A DNA stretch of 63,934 nt, counting the filler, from Lenisia limosa (Eukaryota; Protista; Breviatea): the NCBI GenBank assembly GCA_001655205.1. It is 11 parts of 11 records of this genome, joined end to end, with 100 filler letters (N's around TTAATTAATTAA, not from the genome) between each part and the next. Parts side by side here need not be neighbours in the genome. Positions count along the whole stretch, not along the records: positions 33,472 to 38,950 come from LPNZ01011496.1; positions 39,051 to 49,941 come from LPNZ01001234.1; 9 more parts are not named here. The stretch is one strand, 5' to 3'. A program made the translations under genes and the position numbers. Every line of letters starts with the position of its first letter. The first letter of the stretch is position 1. The notes below the pieces were generated by a model. It was not told the origin of the DNA. It saw only the letters and a program-made list of their open reading frames with translations, and did no database searches. Below, in pieces: positions 34,953-48,378 of the stretch.

Positions 34953-37544
34953 CCACTACGCCACTTCTGAAGCACTCATCAGATACAAGCTCCAAAGCAG
35001 AGAGGAATTTTGGCCACTTTTGGGAGGCACACGACAGGAGAAGCACCATTCCTGAAAAATCATTAAAAAAAACTTGTAATATTGCTATCCACCACACAAG
35101 AACATTGTTCCCACTGGGCAGGCCTATTGTAAAAGAGAGGGAATTGACAGAAACAGTTTAAGTGAAATTGCTTTACATTTTACATTTAGCATAACTTTCT
35201 TATTCACACAATCCTCACCCCACCCAACCTGGAGACCCATGACACCACTGCGTGCGATACGAGGGTGATCTGCTTCCGAGCTTTGAGGGGAATTTACCTG
35301 AATTGTCAATCAAATAACAATACCAAAATGACTGGATTCTGTAAAAAAAATCTTAACAAATATTGATACGAGGCTGTTTTAAAAACAAAATGGGTATATT
35401 GTATGTAATTTCAATAAAATTCGATCGCGAGATCAATATAATATACATGTACAAATGTAGATTATTTGAAAACAGAGGGATACATTCACCCTATTCGTAC
35501 CTTCAGAAGTAATGAGAGTCACAAGAAATTCAATAGACTCTAGCACCAGTTTTTCAGCCTGATGGGTGTGAGCCAAAACAAAAAAGAAAAATAGAACCAA
35601 ATAAGAAGTCAAAATCGTCGATCAAAGTACACGAAGTGTCTTTTAATACTAAAATGAGCAATCCTGACACCAACCTTAGGTCTTGATTCAAGATACTCTT
35701 CAACAAGCAGAGCGCTCAGAAGGATGCTAACCAGTCCATGCGCCGCCCCTGGGTAGTGAGGAATTTCGGATGGGGAGTTATTCCGGATACAAGATATTTT
35801 TGGATATGGATATCACGTCGGTCAGAACAAAAACGGTGAAATATTGAGATTTATCCAGAAGACCTGTTTTTAAGATAAAAAAAGATGGGGATACGTCATA
35901 ATTAATAAAAAAAATCTTAAAAAAAACACCAAATAAATCATGATAGAAAGAAATGATGATGTAGTAAAGACATACCAAGATAGAGAGAATTGTGCCAGTA
36001 ATACATCAATGGGGGGACTGAAGCCCCCTGGGCACTGAGGGTTTGTGACAGGAGTTGGCCTATTAGAGTTAATTCAGGAAGGATGAACTATTTGTCTTTT
36101 GACAACCATTTCAGCGAGGTGGTGAGAGCAAAGCATGGAAATATAATGAATGAGGATATGTATGATATATTATATCATACATATCATTCCCCAGTGACAT
36201 GGTATGGGACAACTCCTTCGTACTTTCCAGCTTTGGAGAGTGTGTGTACTCCATATTGTCTTTTGTTTCAAACCATCTTATGATTGACTATGAGTTTTAT
36301 TAACTTCATAAACGTCGCATCCTCACCTCTTTTCATCATGAGATCAAGAGTTCTTGCTGCCTCATCAAGAAGAGAAACCCTTGTCTCCTGGGGTCATAAA
36401 AATTAGATATAGAAGGAATTTCCCATTCATATTTATGTTGCATGGTCTTTTTTGGATGTAAGTGGCGGAACAATGCCAGTATACTCAGGTCAGGAGGGGG
36501 GGTTACTTGTATAAGATGGCATTATTATTGGTCATATGTGAACCAACCTGACGCCAGTTTGAAATAAAATTTGCCTTTTGACAAAATTAATTGAAGCCGT
36601 ACCATAGTCCAAGGAGAAAGATTATGAAATAAAACAGTTTTCTTAAAAAAAACAACAATACTGAATAAAAAACAAAAAAAAAACATTGAAATATGAACTA
36701 GGCCAACTTTATCACAGTTTGCTTCATGCATTATCATGAACAATGATGCAATGTACCCTGAGCGACCATACAAAGCCTAAATGAGTGAATAATAAAACCA
36801 ACATGCAAGAGAAATGATTATCCACTGTGATTCTGTTAAAGAAAAAGATCAAAAAGTTTCAGACAACAATATATTGGCATAGTAGGAGTATCAAATACAA
36901 GGCCCTATTAACACGATACTGTGCGATTACTTGGAGCCCACTTCATCATCTTCTTCATCTTCAACTAATGGCCCATACTTCTCAATGACTTTTGCAGGGC
37001 TCATATCTGGGCAAAATGGTGAGTGAGTTGAGTAAATAATAGAGCATAAGAGTTAATTACATAGTCCTTCGTAATAATGAACTAATACTCAGTAAACTGA
37101 AACAAAAGAGAATTCATTTGTGAATAAAAAATAAAACAAGGTCGTATCCGGTCCACTCAATCCTTATCATTGGATTAGTAATTATTAATCCTCCCTGCCC
37201 CCATTCATTCCCACCTTTTCTGTAGATGGCGGGACCTGTAGAACCGCAGTAAAGTGATGGGGAAGTGGATACCTTTTTCTGTCTCCTAACAATGTTACAA
37301 AGATAAAAACTATTTGGTTGCCTCGCTGAATGAAAAGTGATGGTGGTAGTCTTATCCGGTTTTCATTTTTATTGCCCTTTTGAAAATCGGTCAATACCAT
37401 CCATCATCAGTGAATTCGATAAAACACTCCCCGGTTGTACCCACTCTAAGGTTCTTAGCTTTTCAATCATGCTTGTGACTTGAGAGCTATGAGACTTGGT
37501 CATATTTTGGACCTGAAGAAGCGTGTATATAACACCGCTGGTTC
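34953..37544 (-). CDS. LanC-like protein (LANCL); ends unresolved, 5' exons may extend to ~38946
   Basis: Spliced motifs GTSGVIYTLL, SLYCGSTGP, DEALYGRSGYI, PLMYYWHNSLYLGAAHGLVSIL and TQWCHGSPGMV. Confidence 0.85.
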
Positions 37545-39050
37545 CTGATATTGATTAGGTCATAGGTATAATGTGCTGTGCTGATTTGGCAGAGTAAAAT
37601 TAAGGGGGGGGGGGTAAAAATAAGATATCCATTAAGATTGTCAATGAAGTGCATCCTCTGAATGGATGAATATTTATAGCGTTTATTGTGTTGTGTTTTT
37701 TAACATGAACACAGAAAGGCCACACCCTCAATAAAATGATAAAGATGAAAAGACGTTTTTGTCTATGAGAATCAGGACCTGAAAGGTTGTGTTGCTACTA
37801 GTCATAGACCCAAAATGCGAAGTTTTCAAGCTCTAGGGCAACAAAGTGAATATCTGAGCAAATCAAAAGGAGGGTTGGTGTTAATGAAGCTGAAATTGGA
37901 TAATGATGACAATGATTTCTATTGACATTGGATGCAAGGGGAGGGGGGATAAAAGTGGGATGGAGGCTAATCTTCAGTGGATGATTCTTTCACAAGGAGG
38001 CCGGTTTGCTTGCATGCAGAGAGTGCATGGTAGTGGTTCTCTCGGATGTCAGCGGCTTTAGTCCGCGATGCTTCAGACACAGTAACCCAATTTGAGTACA
38101 AATGATCTCACCACACACCTCATGTGTGTTGCAGAAGTAGTAAAGGCAACAACGCAGCTTGAGTCGAGAAATGATTTCTTGGCCAATGTTATTTCACAGG
38201 AGATCCTAGCATGGAAAAATTATCAGGTTCTAATTCTGATGCTACCATCATTCTTTTGTTTTATATCTGCAAAATAGAAACTTGGCATTGTCTAGACGTC
38301 ACCTGTATCATAGAATTGCAACTCTTTGAAATTTCTTTTCAAGTACAAGTGAAAAAAATTATGATACATATTTGGGCTACTAGGTTGCACCAGGGCTTCA
38401 GGTTGCGATTAGTGTTATAACTATTCACCCCTGTTTTCAAGACATTATACCCCCCCGTTTTCTGTCTTCTGTTTCATCTTTTCTCTCCTTTTCTTGTGTG
38501 CCTCAGATTGAAACTTTTTTCGTTTGCAAATATCCTAAAATTTTTTTTTTAATTTCTCTTTTTGAGAAATGCTGATAACATAGTCGAAAAAAAGCAGAAA
38601 AAAAATCCAGAATAATAAANNNNNNNNNNNNNNNNNNNNNNNNNNNNNNNNNNNNNNNNNNNNNNNNNNNNNNNNNNNNNNNNNNNNNNNNNNNNNNNNN
38701 NNNNNNNNNNNNNNNNNNNNNNNNNNNNNNNNNNNTACAGCTAATACACGTTGAACAAATTAACAAACTTCCATACAGTCCGACACATTATCGAGAAATT
38801 CGGTATTATTCGGGTACGTAGGGAAGCCCTATTGGTATCCCTATGTACTTACAGATATTTGTTTGCATTTACAGTTGGTCTTGGTCATAAACGAAAGCCC
38901 ATACCCATACCCGTGTAAAACGACATTGAGAGCTTGGATCGGCCATGGTTNNNNNNNNNNNNNNNNNNNNNNNNNNNNNNNNNNNNNNNNNNNNTTAATT
39001 AATTAANNNNNNNNNNNNNNNNNNNNNNNNNNNNNNNNNNNNNNNNNNNN

Positions 39051-40155
39051 ATATAAGAATACTCTGGACTTATGCTATCATACGTACAATCCCCCCCCCC
39101 TAACTATTATCAACATTGCACGTGGCCACGGCGCCGGTGCGAGTGTTGTTGACGTTGACGTTGGTGAGAGTCATGATGAGCTCGTCACGTGACTCGCTCC
39201 ACTGTAGAAGTGAGTGAAATACTCCGGTTTTTTTGTTTTTGCTTTGTATTTTGGACAAAAAAAGAAAAATATTAAATAATTATATCTCTATATATTAATA
39301 GCGTGATGGGGTGGACGGATGCCAGGTTATATTTCTCACCTCTTGAAAAATAATAATCGATAAGAGTCATGAAAGGAAAAATTATCTGAATTTCTATCAC
39401 AATTAATTAGGTCCTCCTCACAATAAGGTCGGTAGGAAGACCGGGGGCAGTACAAATATGTGTAGCAGCTCCAGTCTGAGCATCGGCTTCGTAAATCGTC
39501 TGTAGTTTTAGTGTTAATTAATAGTTTGTAATTTTGAAGACTAATAGTCTGTAATTTTAGAGATAAATAGTCTGCAATTTTAAGAGTTAATTAATAGTCA
39601 CACACACTACAACAACCCCCCCACCCCATTGAGACATCCAACAAAGATACGGTTCCCGTCAAGAGCAATGGTGGTGGCTGGAGCAAAGCTAGTGTGTGGG
39701 GGGGGGGGGTAAAACTGGAAATTTTATGAAAGAAAAAAAGCCCAAAGTCAAATCTAAAGCCCAGGCCAGTCAGCTCTGCAGCACCGCATCCCGTCGGGGT
39801 GAAAACGGAAGAAAAAAAGACCTAAGTCAACTCTTATGGGTGTATGAACAACAGGGCGGGAGGGGACAACTCAAAGTGTTGGCATCTCACCGAGAAGCAG
39901 CAAGAAAGCCGTTTCAGCGATATACTTCGATATATTGCAAAAAAAACCTTGGGAGTCGATAAAGCCACAGCAACACGCTTACTGAGTCCACTGAGAGAAG
40001 CCAGAGATCGGCTTGGGATCAACAAGCGCTTCGAACTCCGGAGCAATGAAGGGATAGGGCTGGACAAGGGACTCCTTGAAGAGCAGCACAAATACAGCGG
40101 CCATGAAGGCCATTACTGCCGTGATGAAGCAATGCGCACTGAAAAACTCGACCAT
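39051..40155 (-). CDS. Type II membrane beta-propeller protein, APMAP/strictosidine-synthase-like, 3' partial
   Basis: Exon 39983-40155 has an N-terminal TM (FITAVMAFMAAVFVLLF). Exon 39625-39688 gives HFAPATTIALDGNRIFVGCLNG, and the next gives TIYEADAQTGAATHICTAPGLPTDLI. Phases are consistent. Confidence 0.5.
39689..39797 (-). mobile_element. Family A element ending at a 3' splice site (APMAP-like gene)
   Basis: GGGATGCGGTGCTGCAGAGCTGACTGGCCTGGGC...TTTTACCCCCCCCCCCCACACACTAG then exon. Confidence 0.8.
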
Positions 40156-41519
40156 CTTTTGGGGAAGGATGCCTAACAGAGGAATACCTGTTTGTCTGCT
40201 ATTATTGTGTTATTGAATGTGTATTAATAATAATAATAAGAAAGAGAGGCAGGATACGTGTTGCCCGCATGAATGTCAGTTACGCCGCCGTGATGTCAAT
40301 CACCATATACGTCCTCCTTCAAATTATTAGAAGCCATTCCAGTTATAATCATTTTTATTTAATTCTTTAGAAGTTTTATAGCGGCGACTTTCGGAAAAAA
40401 ACTGCAGAAAACCTCCGATCACATACCAAAAGGGGATTGCGCCCGTCAAGGTCAGAAGGAACTCTTACATCAGAGTACGACTTCTATTGGCCACTATTAC
40501 ACATTTTTATTTCGTATTATTCAATCTAAAGTTGTCCATTTTTATAGTTGTTCTATGAGATGTATACTTTGATACATTCCTCTTGTGATGTTCTTGTTAA
40601 GTTTATATTGCAGTGGATTGTTTTATATCTCCAGGTTTTTTTTGTTTTTTTTGTTTCTTTCATATTACCTGAACGTGTAATAATAGTAGATATATGTGTT
40701 TGAAATAGCACGCACACACACATATATAAATTTATATAACATTGCTTTCAGCCCCCTTGCTCATCACAATCCTCAACCCTTTTCGCTTCTAACAATTGAA
40801 GGAAAAACTATGACGACAGATGAACTGAAAAAACCCAAGGTCGAAGAGGGGTTTGGAATCAAAGTGTTACATTATGAGAATTACACATCAATAAGGCTTC
40901 ATTTCGGTTCAAACGAAGACCGGTAAAATATCAATACATTAAAAATCTGAGAAACAAATAAAAACATATGGATTCTATAAAACAAACTACCATTCCTCGT
41001 GACAATGTAACCTTAGTCTTGCTTCCTAATATCAATAGGATCCCAGCGAGCAATCACTCAAACATATGACAATTTCAGGTTCAGTTTTCTAGCACAACCG
41101 TAAACAACGCAAAAGTCAGCAGCAAGCCGGTGATAGGAGTGAAGGATGTGAGAGTGGACCCTATTCCAAATATCAGTGCGATATTTCACTGGAAAAGAAA
41201 TTTGTGACTTATGTGTTCATTTGAAATAGGGTGATATCTTCGGTAACCAAAATCCAATATTCTTATAAACAAAAATCTCTATTAAACCAAAATCCAATAT
41301 CTCTTATAAACGAGATGTTCTGGACGACATCGATCAGAAATAACATTGTTGCTTCATTCTATAATATTCATAATACATTTCACCCAATATCATATCCATT
41401 CAGGTTCGTATCCATATTTCTTTGTTTGCTTGATTTTATTTAATGTGTGTGTTATTCTCGCACTTAAAACAACCAACCTTTTAATAAGAATTCACCGATG
41501 TGATAAGCTCATCACTTAG

Positions 41520-44500
41520 ACCCAGCTACACGAGGCAGTTCTGAGTTCAAGCTATAACGTGGTGGAGGCCTTGTTAAATGCTGGTTCATTAGTAAACCAT
41601 CTAGACCACAAAGTGGGAATGAAAATGAGATCAGTTGTTATATTGTTTCTGCCGGATGCAAACTTGTTTTCTCATCTCTATATAATATGACATATATTTA
41701 ATAACCATTTGAACATTTTGATTGCAAATAAATTGAGAAATTTATCCAATTGGTTTTTACATTTACCAAAATGCTAATCAAACCACATTCTGTTTTTCAC
41801 ACAGTGGATAGAGTGAAAATTTATTTAGCTTTGATTATAAGGATTAGTCTTTATTATTGGTAAGAAGTCCCTTTTTAAATGTCAAGACTTACAATTTTCA
41901 TTTCTGTCAAGGCTGACTATTATATGACTCATATCTGCCAGCACTACCATTATTAGACTTATCACATCAATGTATGCAGTAACACACTAGGGTAACACAG
42001 CGCTATATTACGCTGCACGTGATGATAAACTTAACATCGCCACAATTCTCTTGGCTGCTGGTGCAAGAGTAAACAAAAAGTCCAACTATGTATGGTGCAG
42101 TGTTGATTTTTTTCAAACCCATTGTACATAGTTTTGGTTGAAATGGAGTTCTTGTTAAGATTATCCCACTTCTAATATTGTTAGATTTCTTATTTAGTAT
42201 CAGATGTACAATTTTTATTCTTCCTAGGGCTTTTCTCCCTTGTATATTGCAGCCAGTCGAGGACACGTTCAAATGACAAAATTCCTGATTAAAATGGACG
42301 CGAGAGTAAATTGTCTTACACATGAGGTTAGTAGCGGTTCAATATACAAAATGATCATCTTTGAAATTAAGTTAGAAATTCTACCATTGATTAAATTGCT
42401 TGAAATGCTATAGATACGAGAGCTTTAAATGATGTATACCTTGCCTCGTTATAGATATCTGAGCCTTATATTGAGTACCTTGTTAAATATACTGCAAAAT
42501 ACTAAGATAATTAAAGACAAGGTACAAAAAACGAAGGGATTATTCAATTATATAATTCTGGAAAGAATAGGTGGTAACTAGACAAGTGGTATGAAGTGTG
42601 TTTACTGCTCGAAAGAAGTGGTGGAGATGCGAAGAGTTTGTAAAGTTAAAGAATTATTTACCATTTTCATATTCCTCACACAATCAGAACGTTACGCCGC
42701 TCTCATCAGCAATCATAAACGATTATTTCGATGTTGCTTACGCCCTACTGCGCGCCGGCTCCAATGCCAACGTCAAAACAAGAGATGTGAGTGTATACTT
42801 GGGGGTTACATCTATCTAGCTTATCACCAAGAGAATTCCAGCTGTCTCACCTCTTATCTATCACATTATATACATATGTCTTACCATATCTCTTGGTTCA
42901 CCACCCGTGAGTCCATTTTATCTCATTCTTCAGGGTGTACCCCTTGTCGAGCATTGCTGCAGACATGCTGGCAAGGAGAAAGTCCTGAATCTACTTATTT
43001 CTCACGGAGCTTTGGTCGAGGTTATTAATGCTGAGGTATGTCTTGAAAACATAAAGAGATCAAATAATTCAACAAGAGTGAGGGAATCATTTTGTGTCAT
43101 CTTCACATGGGTGAAATATGATATAATACCTCATATCCACTCGTGATACTTGACCGACAAGTCTCAATGGTACTCTGATACACTCCTCATTTAAATATCA
43201 CTCCTTCAAAATCCGGTAGTGGAAATGGGGCAAAATGTTCTACAAATCTTTACTTGAGTTTAATTTGTTTATTTGGCTGAACTTAAGTATTATTTGTTTT
43301 TTGTGACCAAATTTAACCACTATTTGCTGTTTTTACCAAGATAACTCCCATTCTCTACTATTCCAGTGATACTTTTCCAAATTTTACAGTTTCTTGTTCT
43401 CTCATCATGTCAAATAATTTGCTCTGACTAGGATCTCTGGTGCCTCATATATTATTTTTTACATTACAAATTTTAAACTGGTGTATTTTTTCACAAATCA
43501 AATGATGCAACATGAGTAACATTCAACTTCTGGATATAAATATTTTTTGGTGGAAACTGAATGCACTGAAAATTCATGAAAAGAAAAATTAAATTTCCAT
43601 GATCTAGCATTGTTACGTTTCGTTGAGTACAATAAGGGACGCCTAGTGCTTGCCACTTTGTCACGGGAACCTAATAACTAGGTATCCACAACAGTTTCGT
43701 AGGACTAGGCCTACGGATAGACTCCAATTATTTTCCTATCTGAACCAAAAAGCATTATTAAAGTCATACATCAAAACAAGTCTAGTCGCCACACTTAAAT
43801 GTCAGACAAGTTACTTAAGAGGAAGCATCCGAAACAGGAAACTTTCCTAATAAGTAACGGGTAAGTTATCTTTTAACATAACTTGACCATAACCCCTTTG
43901 TCTTACACACCTTACTGAACTAGAAAGCTTCCAAAAGAGGTAGCATTCCTAATGAGGTAACTTACTATAACAAGTAAGTTCTCTTTTAACGTAACTTATC
44001 AGTACCCTTTGCCTTACATACCGTCATGACATTCCACAACTCTCTATTACAAGACTTAGAACTAAAAATCTTGTGGAGGACCCAATTAGACACGTAAGAA
44101 TCATCCGTGATTTGAAAAGGTTTTTCAAAGAAAAAGTAGTAATAATGGAAAAGAAGACAGTCAGATTTAATGAAAAAAGAAATAATGAACTGGAGAGTTA
44201 TCAGTGTTCGACAAGGGTAATATCCTGCAGCTTTGCATTTCTCTCAAAAACAATCCCGATTGTATAAATGAAGTACCAGGCCACAATAAGATTCCAAATT
44301 CAACTCAAAATTGCAGTATGTTTCTCCAATTATTTATTCTTATGAATAACTGGCTTTGAAATATATCCCAAAATTTGTTTCAACACCACCACATTTGAAT
44401 CAAAATTGAATTATCTATTAGACTATTTTAAATCCTATCAGTGTGAAGGTGTGGATAGCTGTGATAACTTCTTTTTCTCATTTCATCTTCAACTATCTTT

Positions 44501-45222
44501 TTCCAAATCGCTGTTTTATAACTTAGATCCTTATTCCATAGAATTTACATGGATTTTCCAACCCTGCTACAAATATGCTGTTATTTGGCAATATTTAACA
44601 AATTTATTCACATATATTTGGTAAGAAAGGAAATTCTAGATATTTGGTAAGAAAGGAAATTCTAGATAAAGACTATTGAATAAGGGTGACAAAGGCAATA
44701 CATTTTGTTAAAATAAGGATTGCTTTCTAAAATAGGAGTGCCGGCTTTAAAATTTGACTGCATCGATATTGCTGCGACTATTTCACCACATTTTACTCGA
44801 AAAAGGGTGAGACGCCCCTCCTCATCGCGTGTCGTCAAGGTTACCGGCTTACCATTGCAACTCTCATTGAAAATGGCTCTGATATCCACTTCTCTCTCCC
44901 TGATGTGAGGGCTTGTATTGATCTTGTAAATCACCATTTGTAAGACAAATGGGGTGATATATTATGAATTAGTATTATACTTTAATCAAATATCTCTTTT
45001 AGGTGTGATGGTGTGGACGGCTGCGGCCAAAACTGTATCGCTTTATTGATTATAATTTACGTATCGAACAGTAAACAGTTTTCTCATTCCATTCTCATCT
45101 ATTAATATTTAATCACACCATAGGGCAACTGTGCCATGACTCTCTTGGCTGCCTCGGGGGATTATGAAAACCTCTGGCGTCTAATACTCCATGGGGCTGA
45201 AATCCACGCGGTAACATTCCCG
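41520..45222 (+). CDS. Ankyrin-repeat protein, one repeat per phase-0 exon (ends unresolved)
   Basis: Exons 41520-41612, 41991-42089, 42228-42326, 42688-42786, 42934-43035 and 45124-45222 (e.g. GNTALYYAARDD, GFSPLYIAASRGH). Confidence 0.88.
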
Positions 45223-45588
45223 GTTAGTTTGGTCGTCAGAAAGACTAAATATTAGTTGGTTCATTTCCACACGTGTGAACTCTCCTTTTTCACGCTGTGA
45301 TATGATATCACAGCCACTCCTGTGATAATTGACTGACACGTCTTAATAAAACTCTGACACTCTATGAACCCTCATGTTATCTTTTTTCATCATTTCTCCT
45401 CGTTTATACTATTTCAAACAGGCATTATAATATACTCCTTAAAACCTTTTTTATTAACATATCAGACAAATGGGACAGATGTGTGGCAGAGGGAGACTAG
45501 TCCCCGAAGACTTGTCCAATACACCAACGAACTAAACAAGATAAAGGTATTTATGTATGACATATAACAAGATATTAAAGGTATTGTA

Positions 45589-45662
45589 CAGTGACCGCGT
45601 TAAGTCATGACACGCATGGAGCTTTGTCTGTAGTCAATCATGTCAGGACCTATCTCTGACAG
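45589..45662. mobile_element. Diverged family C MITE
   Basis: TA then CAGTGACCGCGTTAAGTCATGAC; the right end is degenerate. Confidence 0.45.
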
Positions 45663-48101
45663 ATGATTATATTTCAGGCAGAAGCGAGGACAGTGAAGGG
45701 TAAAAGACAACTCATTTCAAGGGTCAACACCAGAAGGTGAGCGTTCAATCGTGGAAATGTAATATTATACGCGAATTTGGAGACACCCAGAAAGCTGTGT
45801 ACGCAGAGTCAAAGCGGCGCAGAGTTATATATGATATGTATATACTACTTGTTGTGGCTAGATTTGGCCAATTTGCCTAAAAAGAAATAGTCTTATCTCA
45901 GGCGCAGTACTTAAAACAATCATTACAACACTATATGAACCCAATATTGAGAAGAATTTACAATTAAAAATAGAGATCATATTTCCTCTGTATTCAGATG
46001 TAGTATATGATAGGTATATTAGCCCAACTGGTGGTAGTTATCTTGATTTTCTGAAACATACAAAAACAAATAAACATTTCTTCAACTGTACGTATTTGTT
46101 ACTATTGATAAATATGCGATTATCAATACAGGTAAAAACTCTTGACTTTGTAAGTTATGGTACAAACCATCATATTTCCTCTACATTATGTTTTACCCCG
46201 TAGACCATCACTAGAGTTGACAAATAGTCAAAAGCTGATGACGCCTGAACACTGCTTTCAAAGTGCCGTGCAAATTGCAATAAAAAACCAACAGCTGGTA
46301 GGTAGTTGTGACCAAACAACAATCACTGATATTGAGTTGGGGTTCTAAGCAAGAATATAAAATGGTTAAAATGCCCCAAAATGTTATTTGGTAGCGATTA
46401 CAATTTTGAAATTACAATACTAATGAGGTTATAGCTCAGACTCACAACACAAATTGAATGTGAATTTGTTGAGATTAACAGTGCTTTGCATGTGAAATTG
46501 TTCAGATTACGAGTGATTTTTGATAATTGATTTAGATTGCCAGTGCTATGCTCTTCTCAGAAGGCGCCATAATCGAAGGATGCGACGATCTCATTACTGA
46601 CGTAACCTTGGGTTGATTATTCCTATGGTTGTGAGTTATTTGTTCTTGAATTGTCAGAATGATCTGAGAAAGTTATTTCTGCTCACCCCCCACCCCCAGC
46701 ATCCTACGACCCTGGTTTTGAATAGCGTGTCAGAGGGAAAGGGGTTCAAAATCGAGGACTGCTCGTTCAGAGACCTGTATTTGCTAGCACAAAGCGGGGT
46801 ATGTTTATAGGGGTTTTTAGCGGTGATTAGGGTCGTGTCAGTCAGCTTGGTATGTAAGTAGTTGAGAGTAATTGTCTTGTGAAGAAATGCAATAGTATGA
46901 CAATATGACAAGAAATATGTTGAAGGTGAATGGATAGATTTGGGGTAAGGTTTGACGGGATAGGAGGTTTGTCAGAGGTGATTGAGGGAGGGTGGCGGTT
47001 TTGTTTCCGCACCAATTGGGAACGTGGTTGTTTGAGTACATTGCCACGCTACACCGCATGGACTTGCGATACCCATTGATCATTTGAAATTTCCAACAAT
47101 TCCATGGAATTTTCATAGTATTTCATGGGATTTTAATGAGCATTTGGGAATCCCAATTTTCCATTATAATACCAAGTCAATGCATCACAAAGGAAATAAT
47201 GCAATGTAATATTGCACATATTTTGGCTAGTTATTGCAGGTCAAATTTAAATGATCATTTTCCTCTGTCATGCTTTCAAGTAGGAATGTCTGAAGTAAGA
47301 TATTTAACTGACTCACTCCCTCAGAGTTGATTTTGGGTTGTTTAACAAAAATTCAAAATTCAACCCTCAACTCGGACAATTTCCCTTTTCACTCCCCAGG
47401 TATTTAAGTATTCAGAGAACCAGTTTGTCCCTTTTATGGGAAAAGTTTGTTTGGGCAAGTGATATACCTTTGGTTTTGGACAACTGGAATATAACAATAG
47501 TTTCCATAATTTCAGTAGACTTTATCTTTGTACAAGCTTAATTTTCTAGATCCCAGTTTGAGACAAGACTATTATAATCCAAGATTCAATTGATATATTG
47601 TTTCCACTATAACTCTTTCTTTTCTCCAACCTAGGCTAATAATCGCCCTAACTCACTCAAACAGGTTTGAATTTATGTTTCGCTTGGTCAATTATTTATC
47701 AGAGTTTCCGTTACTGTCATATACTTACACATGTACCCAACACAGCTGTTCTAGAATCACTACATACTCTAGCTCAATACAAATAATTGAAATAATAATT
47801 GCAAAATTTGACGTGAGGCATATTGGAATGTGATCTCAATTTCAGACATTTAAATTTTATCAAATACTTCAAAAAATTAATTGCGCGGTCAACACTACCG
47901 CCTAGGTCAAGAACTTACTACGGCACATCAATTGGGATTCTTTTGAAAACGTTGGAATTCCCATCCCATATTTTACATGGCAATTTACGGAAATTTGAAG
48001 AAATGTATGGGATTCCCAAATAATATAAGGGAATTCCAAGTCGATACGCCGTAGTGGTCCTAACAATTTGCTCCTAACCTTCCAACTCTTTACTCCCCTA
48101 G

Positions 48102-48378
48102 GTTAAGAACCCAGGCCAGGAGCAATTTGCTCAGTATCAATGCGGCCAATGTGACAACGAAATACCAGGTTTTGCTAGCAAGTAAGCTTTTTATGACGAT
48201 TTGTGAGCAAGAAAGCTAAGTACAATATCGAATTATAATCATGAGGATCTGCCAAACAAACTGTATGCAATATAATCAGAAAATAATCACGATTTGCTTC
48301 AGATGGATATACGAGCCGTGTTGTCTCAGCCTGAAACCTGTATGCCCTGTTTGCCAACGCTCCATTAGAGTCGAACGG
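48102..48378 (+). CDS. RING-finger-like exons (possibly the C-terminus of the ankyrin gene)
   Basis: Exons encode QYQCGQCDNE and RWIYEPCCLSLKPVCPVCQRSI; the central C-x-H part was not found. Confidence 0.35.

Noticed and set aside
43659-44031. Possible solo LTR (TGTCA...TGACA)
   Set aside because: The flanks (CACTT and TTCCA) give no target-site duplication, and there is no second copy in the window
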